A DNA stretch of 64,000 nt from Selaginella moellendorffii (GCF_000143415.4 NW_003314438.1:62001-126000); one strand, 5' to 3'; positions 1-13,099 are shown, counted from the stretch's first letter. The notes: generated by a model from the sequence alone, not told the origin. Translations and numbers: made by a program.

Positions 1-398
1 AATTTATTTTGTCTATCCAACCACTTTTGCCTTCGCTTTCACTAAGCTCCTTTACCATGGTTCCTGCTTATTATACCAACTCCTGCTTGATCTTACATAG
101 GTTTAACTATTTACTGTATGAACAATAGAGTGTTAGCCAACTCTTAACAGGTTCCCAAACTCTCTCCCAATCCCCTTCCCTATGTTAGACTAAAATTAAA
201 GTTCGATTACATTCCTTACAAGCACAAAAAACTAAGTATACCAAACCTCTAAATTCCTAATATCCCATGGTATGCAAGATTTGAATATAGTACCCTTTAG
301 ATCCCAAACTTTAGGTGCATCTCTTAGTTCGAAAGGAAGGCACAATCTCCTAAAAAGGGGCGAAGATCAATGAGCCTCATGGTACTCAAATGGGGCAT

Positions 399-1997
399 TG
401 TGAGACACAAAATCCCTAGGTCTCAAAGTGGAGCCTGTGCCACATAGTAGTGGCTGAGGTAGAAGCCAAATGAGCATATTATATTTGGACTAAAAGCTCT
501 GACTTAAAAAGTCAAGAGCAGGAGTGGAACTCCCAATGAAGTGCTCGAGAAACAAGCACAAAGTGAGCAATAAGTGAGTCTCTAGAAAAGGGACACAAGA
601 AACATGGAAAAGTCTAAGATGGAGTCCAAGATGGAGGTCTAAGATGGACCCGAGATGGACCCGAGGTGGAGTCCAAGATGGAGTCTGAGATGGACCCGAG
701 ATGGAGTCCCAGATGGACCTGAGATAGAGTCTAAGATGGACCCGAGATGGATTCAGAGATGGACCCAAGATGGAGTCTGAGATGAAGTCCGAGGTGGACC
801 CGAGATGGAGTCCGAAATAGACTCAAGATGGAGTCTGAGATGGACCTGAGATGGAGTCTAAGATGGACCCAATATAGAGTTTGAGATGGACCCGAGATGG
901 AGTCCGAGATGGAATTGAGACCAAGACCGAGACCGAGACTGAGACCAAGTCCAAATCCAAAACCGAGACCGAGACTGAGTCCAAGTCCGAGTCTGAGTCC
1001 GAATACTAATACAGGCTATTGGGTGAAAGCCCAAAGCAATCATCCCCTGGGTTCCAAAAGTATAGTAGGGAGAATATGGGGGTTGGACCCAATGGGGCCA
1101 GGAAAGGCTAGTGTGACCCAGGAAGATTATGCTTGCATGCTGGGTGATGATATATTCACTAAGGAGTCCAAAGTTAGAGTGAATACTGACAAACAAATGG
1201 GGTAGCTTGATGAAGTGTTTAAAAGCCGGCTCTAGTTCCCCCAGGAAGTCGAATGGTTGATGCTCCCAGTCCAAACATGGGTGGGACTACCTATTTAGAT
1301 ACCTGCCGTGGCTCAACGGAACCTCACTCTAGCCCCATGGCTAGAGCACCCAAAGGTGGAAGGTGGGGAGAGTACCCATGAAGCTCGCATAGAGCCATGG
1401 TGTTCCGATATGTTGTCTCGAAGTCTTAGACAGTGGAAAGGAAGAGGGGCAATCCTCTAGGGTAGTGACCAAGGATATGGTCATATGGTGAGGAAATCCC
1501 AAAGGACAGTGAGACTTAGTGGTCGGGCCAGTGGGCCTTGACCCAATGGCAGTGTTGGCAAACACGGCTATGGATTGTAAAGAACTTAGTGGGGACTGAA
1601 AAAGGGATATTGGGGAACACTATTCCCCATGTTTGCGAGTATCCTAAAGATGTTAAGAAGTGGATCTGGGATGTCCACTCATGGACGGATGGCCCAGTCT
1701 TTGAGAGATCGGATTGTGATGCAGGTGGTATTGAACCACTAGTGTGGCAAAGGTGAATGGGCATGGCCTTAGCGTAACGGGCCGATATGTCAATGGTACC
1801 TTTGGGTGTTGGTCATGGGATCAGACACATGGAGCACTTGGACTAAGTGCAAAAGTTGAGTGGTATGGATGCCATTCTCAGGGTTAGCAAGCCCTAAGTC
1901 TAGAATAGGACTTATGGAGGTTGCAAATGAAACTCCTCCAAGTGATCAGGGGTGTGGTTAAATGACTAATGTAGAATGGAAAATTTAAAAGCTTATA
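399..1997 (+). mobile_element. Solo LTR of the same family as the 5561-13006 element, in opposite orientation
   Basis: Begins TGTGAGACACAAAATCCCTAGG and ends ...GCTTATA; it is the diverged reverse complement of 5561-7259. Flanked by GGCAT (394-398) and GGCAC (1998-2002), a 5-bp TSD with one mismatch. Confidence 0.85.
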
Positions 1998-4019
1998 GGC
2001 ACCATTCCACCTAAGCCAAGAGCACCACAAATAGTTTCCCTTCTAGGAGTAAGAAATGTTTTTAAACACTTCCTTAAGGAACCTCTCTATCACTCATGAA
2101 GTCTATGCTCACTCCCACTCAAGGCTACTAACCCTTAATCCCAATCCCAATTTGGTTTGGAAGCACCACTAGAGAGTTCCTTTAAGACTAAATCCTTATC
2201 CTCACTATCCCTACTATACTTTTAGAACCTGCCACAACTCACCCTCCCCCCCCCCACCACAAGGGGATAATCACTTTAGGCAACTTGTATTAGTATTTGT
2301 ACTCAATCTTAGACTCAATCTCAAACTTGGTCTCAAATTTGGTCTTAGACCTGATCTCAGATCTTATACTCAATCTAGGACTCAATCTTATACTCAGTCT
2401 CATCCGATGAACTTTTTATTATTTAAATTGTGGTTTTGAGGATCCTTTAACATATGACACTTTGGGGAGTTGGTTCTCTACAACTCCACCACCCATAGAA
2501 AAAGTTTGATACCCACATCAAACGTACCTATTCAAACCTACAACTTGTTAGCATGGCTTCAAGGGCATTCCCCCACTTAGTAATGTGCCTAAATCAGCTT
2601 CCCTAACTAGAAACTTATAGCAACAAGATATAGGTGTCCTTATACCCCTCACCTCACATTTCTTTAATAGAGGGTTGGGACTTAAACCCAACCTTGCTTT
2701 ACTAAAGGGTTAGGACTTGAACACAACCTCCATAAAATATATCTATGGATTTGATATCTTCTTAGGGAGTCAAGTGTAGTTCCCTACACTTGGTTGACTC
2801 AACTAAACCCTTGCAAATTAGTTTACCTTTAGCATGCCTTCGGAACTCAATATTAGACATTCCTCAATTTCATAAATTGATACTTTAATTAAACTTTGTA
2901 TAAGTACACAAAGTTCTACCTTGCAAAAATTCCTTTACTAAATCTTAAGCATTCACTAGGTTCTCTTTTGCTTCCCATGTTGCTTTATAGAATGGAAACT
3001 CTTTCCACCTCACATGAATTCCAAATTCCAAATGTTAAGTTTTTCTTGGGAAGTTATTAATGGGTGAGTTATTTAAAGTCCTGTGGAACTCAATGTCATC
3101 GAGTATTATGGAGAGTTACCCGCAATGGAGGCATTCACAACTGGACTCACCCCAATACTCAAATGTGGTGAGTTGTTATAGAATATTTCTATAAATCCTA
3201 AACGACTTACCCAATTAGTCTAATCTCTAGAGACATAAAATTGCAAATAATCCTTTAGTTGCCTATTCACCCTTTTTGTTTATCCATCTGTCAAGAAGTG
3301 TTATTTCGGCCGCTATAGCCTCCGTAACCTAAAATTTCAGCTCGAAACACTTGACTTAATACTTATTACATGTCTGTGGATGATAGGTTGTGCTAAATTT
3401 CAGTTTGGTACAATATTGCTCCAAGAGAGTTCTCTAAAACTTGCTAGTGAAAATCTTATCTCAATTTAAGATGATTTCTTCTACCCTTCCCTGCACTCGA
3501 ATCACTTGGTTGAAGAATAATTTTGCCACACCTTTGGCATCCACTTCTTACATTTATATGAAATCTCACAATCGAACTTGGCAAAAGCATTGATCCATTG
3601 ACCTTGTTTCCCTCAAATGTTGAGCTATAACAAAAAGTGTTTTGTTGCCACATTATTCATGTATACCTTGAAGTGTCTCCCAAGGTAATGTCACCACTCT
3701 TTAAGTGCTTTGACCACCACAAATAATTCCTTTCAAAGGCAAGCCACATTTGTTGAGCTTTATCCAACTTCTTCAAGAAAAACACCATTGGGTGATTGTC
3801 TTACTTCAATACTGTGCCCAACACAAAGTCTAAAACATCCATTTCTACCTCAAAATTATTACCAAAGTTTGGTAATATCAACATGGGAGCCTTCCTTAAT
3901 TTCTTTTTGAGGTGGATAAATATCACCTTACATTCCATTATTCATACCATCTTCCCTTTTCCTATTTGGTATATTAAAGGTAGAGTTACTCTTGAATATT
4001 GTTTGATGAATTTTTAATA

Positions 4020-4800
4020 GTAGTTACATAACCCCAATAATGCCTTTAATTCATGTATGTTTGTTCCCATTTCTAAATTGTTTAGACCTTCTCAAGGTCC
4101 ACTTTAAATTTGTCCTTGCCCACTACATGCCTAAGAAATTTTACCTTTTATTGAGCAAAGTCATATGTGCTCTCTTTAGTATACAATTTATGTTTTTTTA
4201 GTTTCTTAAACACCTTCGTCAAGTGTTCAGCATGCTCCTTTAGTGTCTCCCAATAGATTAGGATCTTGTCAATATAAATGACCATAAAGTGATCCAAATA
4301 GAGTACAAAAATGTGGTTCATTAGTGCCGAGAACATTGTTGGTGCATTACATAGCCCAAAAAACATCACTAGAAACTCAACACTTCTATACTTTATTTAA
4401 TAAGTTATCTTCTCAACATCTTCCTCTATTATCTTAATTTGGTAGTATCATGAAGTCAATTCTTGAGAAGTATTTTTCTTTTCCCAACCTATCAAACAAG
4501 TCCTTAATCCTTGGTAAAAGGTACTTGTTTTTCTATGTATACTTATTGAGTAATTAATAGTCTATCTACATATGTATACAGCTATCTTTATTTTTTTTCA
4601 TAAATAATACTGGTAACTTGCTCAATTTAATATACCCTTTATCAACTAACTCCTAAAGTTGGCATTTAAGCTCATTGAATTCCTGTTTGTTTAACCAATA
4701 GAGGGTAGGTGAACCACTATTTTAGCATCCTTGACTAACCACTATTTTAGCATCCTTGACTAACTCAATTTTTTGTTCTATTGGTCAGGTAGGGGGTAGT
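4020..4800 (-). pseudogene. Gypsy reverse transcriptase remnant of the host element
   Basis: ORF 4148-4369 resembles the MPFGLxNAP and YIDD RT motifs (YIDK here); surrounding sequence has many stops. Confidence 0.8.
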
Positions 4801-4826
4801 CTTGCTAGTAACTCCTCTAGCATAGT

Positions 4827-5447
4827 TATAAGCTTTTGAATTTAGACTTCCTGAGAGGTCACTCAGCCCAGTACTATTCAAACCCAAGGACACTTAACCC
4901 TAAGTATCCCAAAACTCTTAACTGATTGGAAAAAAGAGTGCACTTTTATTCATTAACTCTTTCCCTCTATATTTGAATCTATATGAATCATTTCTTGAAT
5001 CATTTCTCGAATCATTTCTCGAATCATTCCCTTTAGTTGCTTACAATCCATCACACTTCTCTACAAATTCACACCTTCATAAACAGAAGTTGAGAGCTGC
5101 AACTTTCTCAAGAGCCTTGCTCTCTTGACACTCTACCCCTCAGGTTGAGCCAGCCAAAAGCAAGTTGGACTTACCAAATGTCAATCTCAACATATGGTAT
5201 AATTCTTTTCGCCAACCAATAGAGTTGAAACTAAAACCTCTTTGATACCAAATATAAGCTCATGAATTTAAACTTCTTGAGAGGTCACCCAATTTAGTAT
5301 TATTCAAACCTAAAGACGCATAATCCCAAGTATCCTAAAATACTTAATTGATTGAAAAAGGGGATGCACTTTTATTCATAGACCCTTTCCCTCTATATTT
5401 AAACCATTATGGATCGTCTCTTGAATCATTCCATTTAGTCACTTACA
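4827..5447 (-). mobile_element. Cassandra-like TRIM with 5S rRNA-derived LTRs
   Basis: Direct repeats 4827-5045 and 5253-5447. PBS TGGTATCAAAGAG (minus, 5238-5250), purine-rich tract AGAGAAGTGTGATGGAT (minus, 5046-5062), ~200-bp non-coding interior, TSD ATAGT/ATGGT. The LTR contains a 5S A-box/IE/C-box-like segment. Confidence 0.85.
4844..4898 (-). promoter_or_regulatory. 5S rRNA-derived internal Pol III promoter segment inside the TRIM LTR (not a 5S gene)
   Basis: Minus strand GTTAAGTGTCCTTGGGTTTGAATAGTACTGGGCTGAGTGACCTCTCAGGAAGTCT matches 43/55 ungapped to the angiosperm 5S core as I recall it (GTTAAGCGTGCTTGGGCGAGAGTAGTACTAGGATGGGTGACCTCCCGGGAAGTCC). Confidence 0.8.
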
Positions 5448-5560
5448 ATGGTATCTTAGAATTATCTGTTAAACCACTAAAGGCACTTCCTCTGCTCCCA
5501 TATTTTATCACTCCCTATTGAAAGTAAACACAAAAATGTTGTCCTTTAGTGAGTTATCCT

Positions 5561-7259
5561 TGTAAGCGACTAAATTTTCCATTCTACTTTAGTCACTTAA
5601 CCACACCTCCGACCACTTGGAGGAGTCTCATTCACAACCTCCATCAGTCCAATTCAGGACTTGGGACTTGCTAGCCCCAAGAATGGCATCCATGCCACTC
5701 AACACGTGCACCTGGTCCAGGTGCTCCACGTGTCCGGTCCCAAGACCGACACCCAAAGGTGCCACTAACATCTCAGCCCGTTACGCTAAGGCCATGCCCA
5801 TTCACCTTTGCTGCACTAGTGGTCCAATACCACTTGCATCACCATCCCGTCTCTCCAAGACTGGGCCATCTGTCCACGAGTGGTCATCCTAGATCCACAC
5901 CTTAGCATCCTTAGGATGCCCACAGACCTGGGGAATCACCTTCCCCAAAGTCCCTTTGTCAGTTCCTACCAAGTCCCTTCTTGCCCCTGGCCGTGTTTGC
6001 TAACACTGCCACTGGATCGAGGCCCACAGGCCCGACCACTAAGTCCCACGGTCCTCTGGGACTTCCTCACCACACGACTGTGTCCTTGGTCACTACCCCA
6101 GGGGACTGCTCCTCTTCCTTTCCACAGTCTGGGCCTTTGGGACAACATTTCGGAACACCGTGGCCTTACGCGAGCCACCTGGGTACTCTCCCCGCCTTTC
6201 GCCTTTAGGTGCTCTAGCCATGGGCTTAGAGCGAGGTTTCGTTGAGCCACGCCTGGTATCCAAGTAAGTAGTGCCACCCACACTTGGACTGGGAGCATCG
6301 GCCAGTCGATCTCCCGGGGGAACTAGAGCCGGCTCTTGAACACTTCACCAAGCTACCCCGCTTGTTGGTCCGTATTCACTCTAGTCTTGGACTTCCCAGT
6401 GGTCAGTTCATCACCCAACACTGGGTCTGGCCTTCCTGGGCCAAACTGGCCTTTCCTGGCCAAACTGGCTCCACTGCAGTCCTCCCCCTTCCTATACTTT
6501 TGGAGCTCACCAAACCCCCCAAGGTCTGGGAGACAAACACTTTGGGCTTTCACCCTCTCAGACTCGAACTCGGACTCGGACTCGGACTGGGACTCGGACT
6601 CGGACTCGGACTCGGACTCGGACTCGGACTCGGACTCAGACTCGGACTCGGACTCGGGCTCGGGCTCGGTCTGAGCTTTGGCCTCGGTCTCGATCTCGGT
6701 CCCAGTCTTGGTCCCGGTCTCGGTCCCAGTCTCGGTCTTGACCTCGGACTCTATCTCGGGTCCTTCTCAGACTCCATCTCGGACTCCATCTCAGTCCATC
6801 TCGGACTCCATCTCGGACTCCATCTCGGACTCTGTCTCGGTCCATCTCGGACTCCATCTCGGGTCCATATCGGACTCCATCTCGGTTCACCTCGGACTCC
6901 ACCTCGGACTCCATCTCGGGTCCATCTCGGACTCCATCTCGGACTCCACTTCGGACTCCATATCGGACTCCACTTCGGGTCCATCTCGGACTCCAACTAG
7001 GGTCCGTCTCGAACTCCATCTCGGACACTTCCACGTGTCATGTGTTGGTCCTTTTTGGGTCCCTTTTTGGAGCCTTGCTTATTGCTTGCTTTGTGCTCGC
7101 TCCTTGAGCACTTTGTTGGGAGTTCCACTCCCGCTCTCGACCTTTCAAGTCGAAGCTTTTAGTCCAAACGTGTTACACTCGTTTGGCTTTCACTTCGGCC
7201 ACTACCACGTGGCACCCTTTCCAGCTCCACTTTGGGGCCTAGGGATTTTGTGTCTCACA
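5561..7259 (-). repeat. 3' LTR (1.7 kb)
   Basis: Near-identical direct repeat of 11293-13006; follows the PPT on the minus strand. Confidence 0.93.
6560..7025. repeat. LTR-internal minisatellite (GGACTC)n / (GGACTCCATCTC)n
   Basis: Visible 6- and 12-bp tandem units; equivalent arrays at ~12292-12772 and ~615-1000. Confidence 0.92.
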
Positions 7260-10200
7260 ACTCCACCACCCATAGACGAAGTTCGATGTCCTCATCGAAC
7301 GGTAAACCATTTTATAAAGTAACACCCGCATGTGTTACCATTTCCATCCTTGGCCCCTAGCCAATATTTGTCAATGGTTTGACACCAAAGGCTCACCATG
7401 CCTTGCCCATCCTCTAAGGAGGATAGTCTCTCCAACTTAGAGACTCCCTTGACCACCTGGGGTGGGTTGCTCCTTTTTATTGGTTCAGTTCTCGCTAAAC
7501 CCGTTAGAGACACCCTCTCTAACTCAATTCCACTACTCATTCTTGAGTAGTCACAAATTCTATTGATCTACCTTTGCACTTTGGAACGTTTACTTTTGAC
7601 TTCTTGAAGTCAATTTCCTAGGTGTCTCCGACACCTTGCCTTGCACATTTTGTGCAATTCCACTTCCCCTCTTAGGAAGTTCTCTACTCGAGGGCACCTT
7701 CATCCTCTTTTCTATTTTTGTGCCACCATTTGGCATTACGTTCCATTTATCATTATTTGTGCTAGGGCTGTCCACGGCCCTATCTTTTGGCTCCTTAGTT
7801 GCTCCCTCACTTAGCCTTTCCTTTGCCAAATTGGAACACTTGGGAATCCGTCCTTGGAAGTCCACTTCTTTTTCCGCAATCCGTTAACACCAAACACATT
7901 AGTGACTTTGGCTAACTTTGCCACTTGGATTCTTTCCAATGGATTCCACGGCCCTATCTTGGGCACTCGTCTTTTGCTCCTATCCTTGGATTGTTGCACC
8001 AAGCAACATAGGATCGCTACCTCCATTTTTAAGGTTTCCTTTCAGTTCCATAGCAAACACTTTGCTTTGCCAAGTCCAGAGGGTGTTCACCCCTAGTACG
8101 TCTCTTTAACATTTTTTGTCGTGGGCTCTATCCACGGCCCAACTTTTTGAGACCCTCCCTTGGATCTTTTATAGAGACTACTTTCCTTGGACTTATTATG
8201 CCATAGCATTGACATAGCTCATTTCCCTTAGGTGTTCTTCCCACTTGGTCACCTCAACCAAGCCACACCTTTATCAATAGTTCAAATCAACACTTTGAAC
8301 TAGGAATCATATTCCTTAACCCAAATAAAGACTTTGTCCTTGTTTAGCCACAAGATCACCTAGTGATCTTATCTTGACCCCTTAATAGGTCTATTAATAG
8401 GGACTAGGTCTTCCAGACCCTTCTAAGTTGTTGACTATGACCCCGGGGGCATCCCCCACACTTGGCGGTGCGCCCAAGCCAGCCCTTCCGGCCAAGGATC
8501 CATAGCAACTGAGACTGGGTGTCCCCATCTCATTCACCACATCCTTGGTGCCCTTTGCACCAAAGTGTTCAAGTTAGACATGCCGAGCTTTCACTCTAAG
8601 CAATCTAACCGTGCATCACGACTCCGAGGCATCCCTCGCTTGGCGGTGTGCCCAAACCAGTCTCCTCACTGAGAATCCATGACCACCGAAATATGAGTGT
8701 CCTCATATTCCAAACCATCACCACGCCCTAGTGATTTGGGACTCGAACCCAAGCACTAGAGGGTCGGGACTCGAACCCAACCTCCGTATATGCATCTACG
8801 GATGGCATCACCCTAGATGCCTGGCATGACTCCCCACGCCGGTGCACCAACTTATATTCAAAGCGCGCTACAGATCACAGCTTAGGAACCTAGTTCCTCC
8901 ACACTGCCAAGTCCTCTCACTTGACAAGTCTGGGATCATGCATGGACTCCTCCATGCTTGGCCCCATGGCCCACCCCTTTTGAAGTTATCTCCTTCAACT
9001 AGGGTATTTGTTCCCCTGACTTGCCAATCTCGCTTTGGCAAGCCCTCCGACCACTGTAACATGGTCCTGCACAAGTGTGAAAGCCCTCTCTTTGAACTCT
9101 CGGGAACTACTTCCCTAACCTTGATAGCCTTGCCTCATGGCAAGCTTCAAGACCACGCTTCTGCTGCGCCACTCTGATTTCACGCGTTCCTTGAACCATT
9201 TACGCTTGGCCTTTCTAGGTACTAAGCTACCTAGAATCATCTTTGGGAACCTTGAAGGAACTCTATCCTTTAGCTTGCTAAGGCCTCCCTTTTTGCAAGC
9301 TTTCCAATCACCATATAATCTAACATGGACAATTCCATATTTTAGACTCTCCATGGCATCACGGTTGCTAGCGGCAACACCCTCGAGCTCCCACTTGATT
9401 CTCCACTCCCAGCTGGCATAACCAACCTTGGTGATGCCCTTCGATTCCTATGGTTCGGTTCCACCCCTTTACTTCTTGCTTTTGGCTTCACACCTTTCCT
9501 TTGGTCATTCTCCTCTAGACTAGGAGGATAGCTTTGCACTTTCTATCATGCCTTAGCAAGTATTCTTAGGGATGAACCTACTCGATAGCCTAGGGAGTGG
9601 TTCCTCAATCCAAGTATGCTCACCCTATAATCCCACACACCGAGATTACATTGTTGCTTATGGGCCTTTACATGCCCATCGCTAGCCTTGCCAAAATTCC
9701 ATTTTTGGCTTTGTCCAATTCGAGTAGACAGTCTTCTCCTATCTCCGCCACCTTAGACATTTGGATAGCACCTTCTATCCATCATTCGCTAGGGACTTAG
9801 TCCCTTGGGCCTTATCTATTGCCCTCGCAACATCAAACACCACCTCCTGGTGTTCTAGAGTGTTCGGGTGTCCCAATGACGGCTTCCTTGATAATGAGTA
9901 TTTCCTGTCATGACATTGACTTACTATATTGCAACATAAGCAGCTTATCCCCCGTAAGGGTATATCCAACTTCCTTATGCCATTAAGAAGGCTTGGGTAG
10001 CTACCTTCTACCCGTTTAACCAATTATTTTGCACCTCTTGCTTAGTTGCCTCATAGTTGTCAAGTCCTACAACTCATTGCTAGTACTTCCACACCTCCAT
10101 CATTATCTGGGTCACCACACTCTAACCGCATGCTCTGCAACTTAGGCTATGCCATTCCCATTTCCATTGGGATTCCTTTGGCAAGGGGTTCTCATGAACC

Positions 10201-11292
10201 CACCAACATAGCCTCAAGGTATCACACCTTGGCACATTTGGTGTCTCCACACCATCGGCTCCACGAGCCTACCTCTATGACACTTCTTCTTTGTGTCTAC
10301 GTCTTTGCCAAGACCAATACCACTCTTTTTCATGCCAACCATCCATTAGCACTGCACCATAGATGTCACACACAACTTTGTTTCAAAGTTGTTTTCTTTT
10401 GGGAACACCCTTCCCACGACTTTAGCATGGCACATTTTGCCATCGATGAGATACCCTCTGTTCTCATCCTTGGATCCTATGATCCCCCCCATCCTTCGTG
10501 GGGTACCACACACCTCAGTCCAAATGCTTCCATCAATCCTTTAGGATTATTCCTTGACTCTATTGGAGTCATCCAGCTTTTTGGACTTTGTCATCCGACG
10601 ACCCATGAGGTCTTACCTTTGAGGTGCCAGCTCACTAGAATACAACTTCTTGTATTCAGGTCCTACTCACAAGGACCATCTTTGCAAGTGTTACTCCAAC
10701 ACTTGATTTGTTCTCTTGGGGCAACCTTTTGCCTCTTAGGACCACTTGTCCATGTGATGAGAATACCAACTCATCCTCTAAGTACATCCCCAACTCCTTG
10801 GGTTGTTCCAGCATTTATCAAGGGTAACCTTAGCTACTATTTCGAGAACTTGTGTCCTCTCCTATATTTGACCTCCCATGGTCATCAATTCCGGTCTCAA
10901 AGTTATGAGCACTGGCCTCAACTATATGAGGGTAATCTTGTGACTCCTTTATTATTTTGGAGTCTACATCTTTCCCGTGATCCCAATTATAGTTGTTTAC
11001 CACAACTACGTTAGCCCGTTTGCTGCATCAAACACTCATCTGGATCACATCCTCAGCTCTCTGAGGAAACCTTATACTGTTCCCAAGATCCCAAAGTCGT
11101 TCTATTATTGGCCCTTTTCTATCCACCACATCTTGCCCAAGTTCACGCATGAACTTGAGTGGAGAGCCATGTCCTCTCGACATGCTACTCCTCAAGGATA
11201 GGCCCACTCCTAGGACCTTCCAATGCCAACATCAATGGTGATATACTTGAGCACCAATAAAAGTCGGACTAAGGAACAGCTTCGATACCAGT

Positions 11293-13006
11293 TGTAAGCG
11301 ACTAAATTTTCCATTCTACTTTAGTCACTTAACCACACCTCCGACCACTTGGAGGAGTCTCATTCACAACCTCCATCAGTCCAATTCAGGACTTGGGACT
11401 TGCTAGCCCCAAGAATGGCATCCATGCCACTCAACACGTGCACCTGGTCCAGGTGCTCCACGTGTCCGGTCCCAAGACCGACACCCAAAGGTGCCACTAA
11501 CATCTCAGCCCGTTACGCTAAGGCCATGCACATTCAGCTTTGCTGCACTAGTGGTCCAATACCACTTGCATCACCATCCCGTCTCTCCAAGACTGGGCCA
11601 TCTGTCCACGAGTGGTCATCCTAGATCCACATCTTAGCATCCTTAGGATGCTCACAGACCTGGGGAATCGCGTTCCCCAAAGTCCCTTTGTTAGTTCCTA
11701 CCAAGTCCCTTCCTGCCCCTGGCCGTGTTTGCTAACACTGCCACTGGATCGAGGCCCACAGGCCCGACCACTAAGTCCCACGGTCCTCTGGGACTTCCTC
11801 ACCACACGATGGTGTCCTTGGTCACTACCCCAGGGGACTGCTCCTCTTCCTTTCCACAGTCTGGGCCTTTGGGACAACATTTCGGAACACCGTGGCCTTA
11901 CGCGAGCCACCTGGGTACTCTCCCCGCCTTTCACCTTTAGGTGCTCTAGCCATGGGCTTAGAGCGAGGTTCCGTTGAGCCACGCCTAGTATCCAAGTAGG
12001 TAGTGCCACCCACACTTGGACTGGGAGCATCGGCCAGTCGATCTCCCGGGGGAACTAGAGCCGGCTCTTGAACACTTCACCAAGCTACCCCGCTTGTCGG
12101 TCCGTATTCACTCTAGTCTTGGACTTCCCAGTGGTCAGTTCATCACCCAACACTGGGTCTAGCCTTCCTGGGCCAAACTGGCCTTTCCTGGCCAAACTGG
12201 CTCCACTGCAGTCCTCCCCCTTACTATACTTTTGGAGCTCACCAAACCCCCCAGGGTTTGGGAGATGAACGCTTTGGGCTTTCACCCTCTCAGACTCAAA
12301 CTCGGACTCGAACTCGGACTTGGACTCGGGCTCGGGCTCGGTCTCAGCCTTGGCCTCGGTCTCGGTCTCGATCCCGGTCTTGGTCCCGGTCTCGGTCTTG
12401 GTCCCGGTCTCGGTCCCGGTCTCGGTCTCGACCTCGGACTCCATCTCGGGTCCTTCTCGGACTCCATCTCGGACTCCATCTCGGTCCATCTCGGACTCCA
12501 TCTCGGACTCCATCTCGGACTCCGTCTCGGTCCATCTCGGACTCCATCTCGGGTCCATCTCGGACTCCGTCTCGGTCCATCTCGGACTCCATCTCGGGTC
12601 CATCTCGGACTCTGTCTCGGTCCACCTCGGACTCCACCTCGGACTCCATCTCGGGTCCATCTCGGACTCCATATCGGACTCCATCTCGGACTCCACTTCG
12701 GACTCCATATTAGACTCCACTTCGGGTCCATCTCGGACTCCAACTAGGGTCTGTCTTGGACTCCATCTCGGACACTTCCACATGTCATGTGTTGGTCCTT
12801 TTTGGGTCCCTTTTTGGAGCCTTGCTTATTGCTCGCTTTGTGCTCGCTCCTTGAGCACTTTATTGGGAGTTCCACTCCCGCTCTCGACCTTTCAAGTCGA
12901 AGCTTTTAGTCCAAACGTGTTACACTCGTTTGGCTTTCACTTCGGCCACTACCACGTGGCACCCTTTCCAGCTCCACTTTGGGGCCTAGGGATTTTGTGT
13001 CTCACA
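11293..13006 (-). repeat. 5' LTR (1.7 kb)
   Basis: Direct repeat of 5561-7259; followed on the minus strand by the PBS. Confidence 0.93.
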
Positions 13007-13099
13007 ATCCTCTCATAGACACTAAGTTCAAGTATGAGTCTTTAACTTTACATTGCCCTACCTTTAAATCTTAGGCTTCCACCCTAGATCATTCTCCTC

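Larger units (their letters stand above)
5561..13006 (-). mobile_element. Young non-autonomous (LARD-like) gypsy-derived LTR retrotransposon
   Basis: LTRs 5561-7259 and 11293-13006 with TG...CA ends and a perfect 5-bp TSD ATCCT (5556-5560, 13007-13011). PBS TGGTATCGAAGCT (minus, 11278-11290, tRNA-Met-like) and PPT at 7260-7274. The 4-kb interior has no long sense ORF, only faint gag/PR/IN relics. Confidence 0.92.

Noticed and set aside
4844-4898. A genuine 5S rRNA gene
   Set aside because: Only the internal ~55 nt match, and they are embedded in LTRs of a TRIM.
6284-7322. Long SD/GL/RT-repeat ORFs (also 490-1274 and 12085-13018) that resemble Ser-Asp adhesins
   Set aside because: They are translations of the 6/12-bp LTR minisatellite, which is open in many frames on both strands.
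7292-7400. Chromodomain relic (IDKY...YFIKW) before the PPT
   Set aside because: Too short and degenerate to support.
10046-11014. 322-aa plus-strand ORF inside the non-autonomous element
   Set aside because: It is antisense to decayed gag/pol, starts at TTG and has no recognisable motif; likely a chance open frame.
5561-13006. Retrozyme (hammerhead-bearing non-autonomous LTR element)
   Set aside because: I found no CTGANGA...GAAA hammerhead core in the LTRs by eye; an Rfam scan would settle it.
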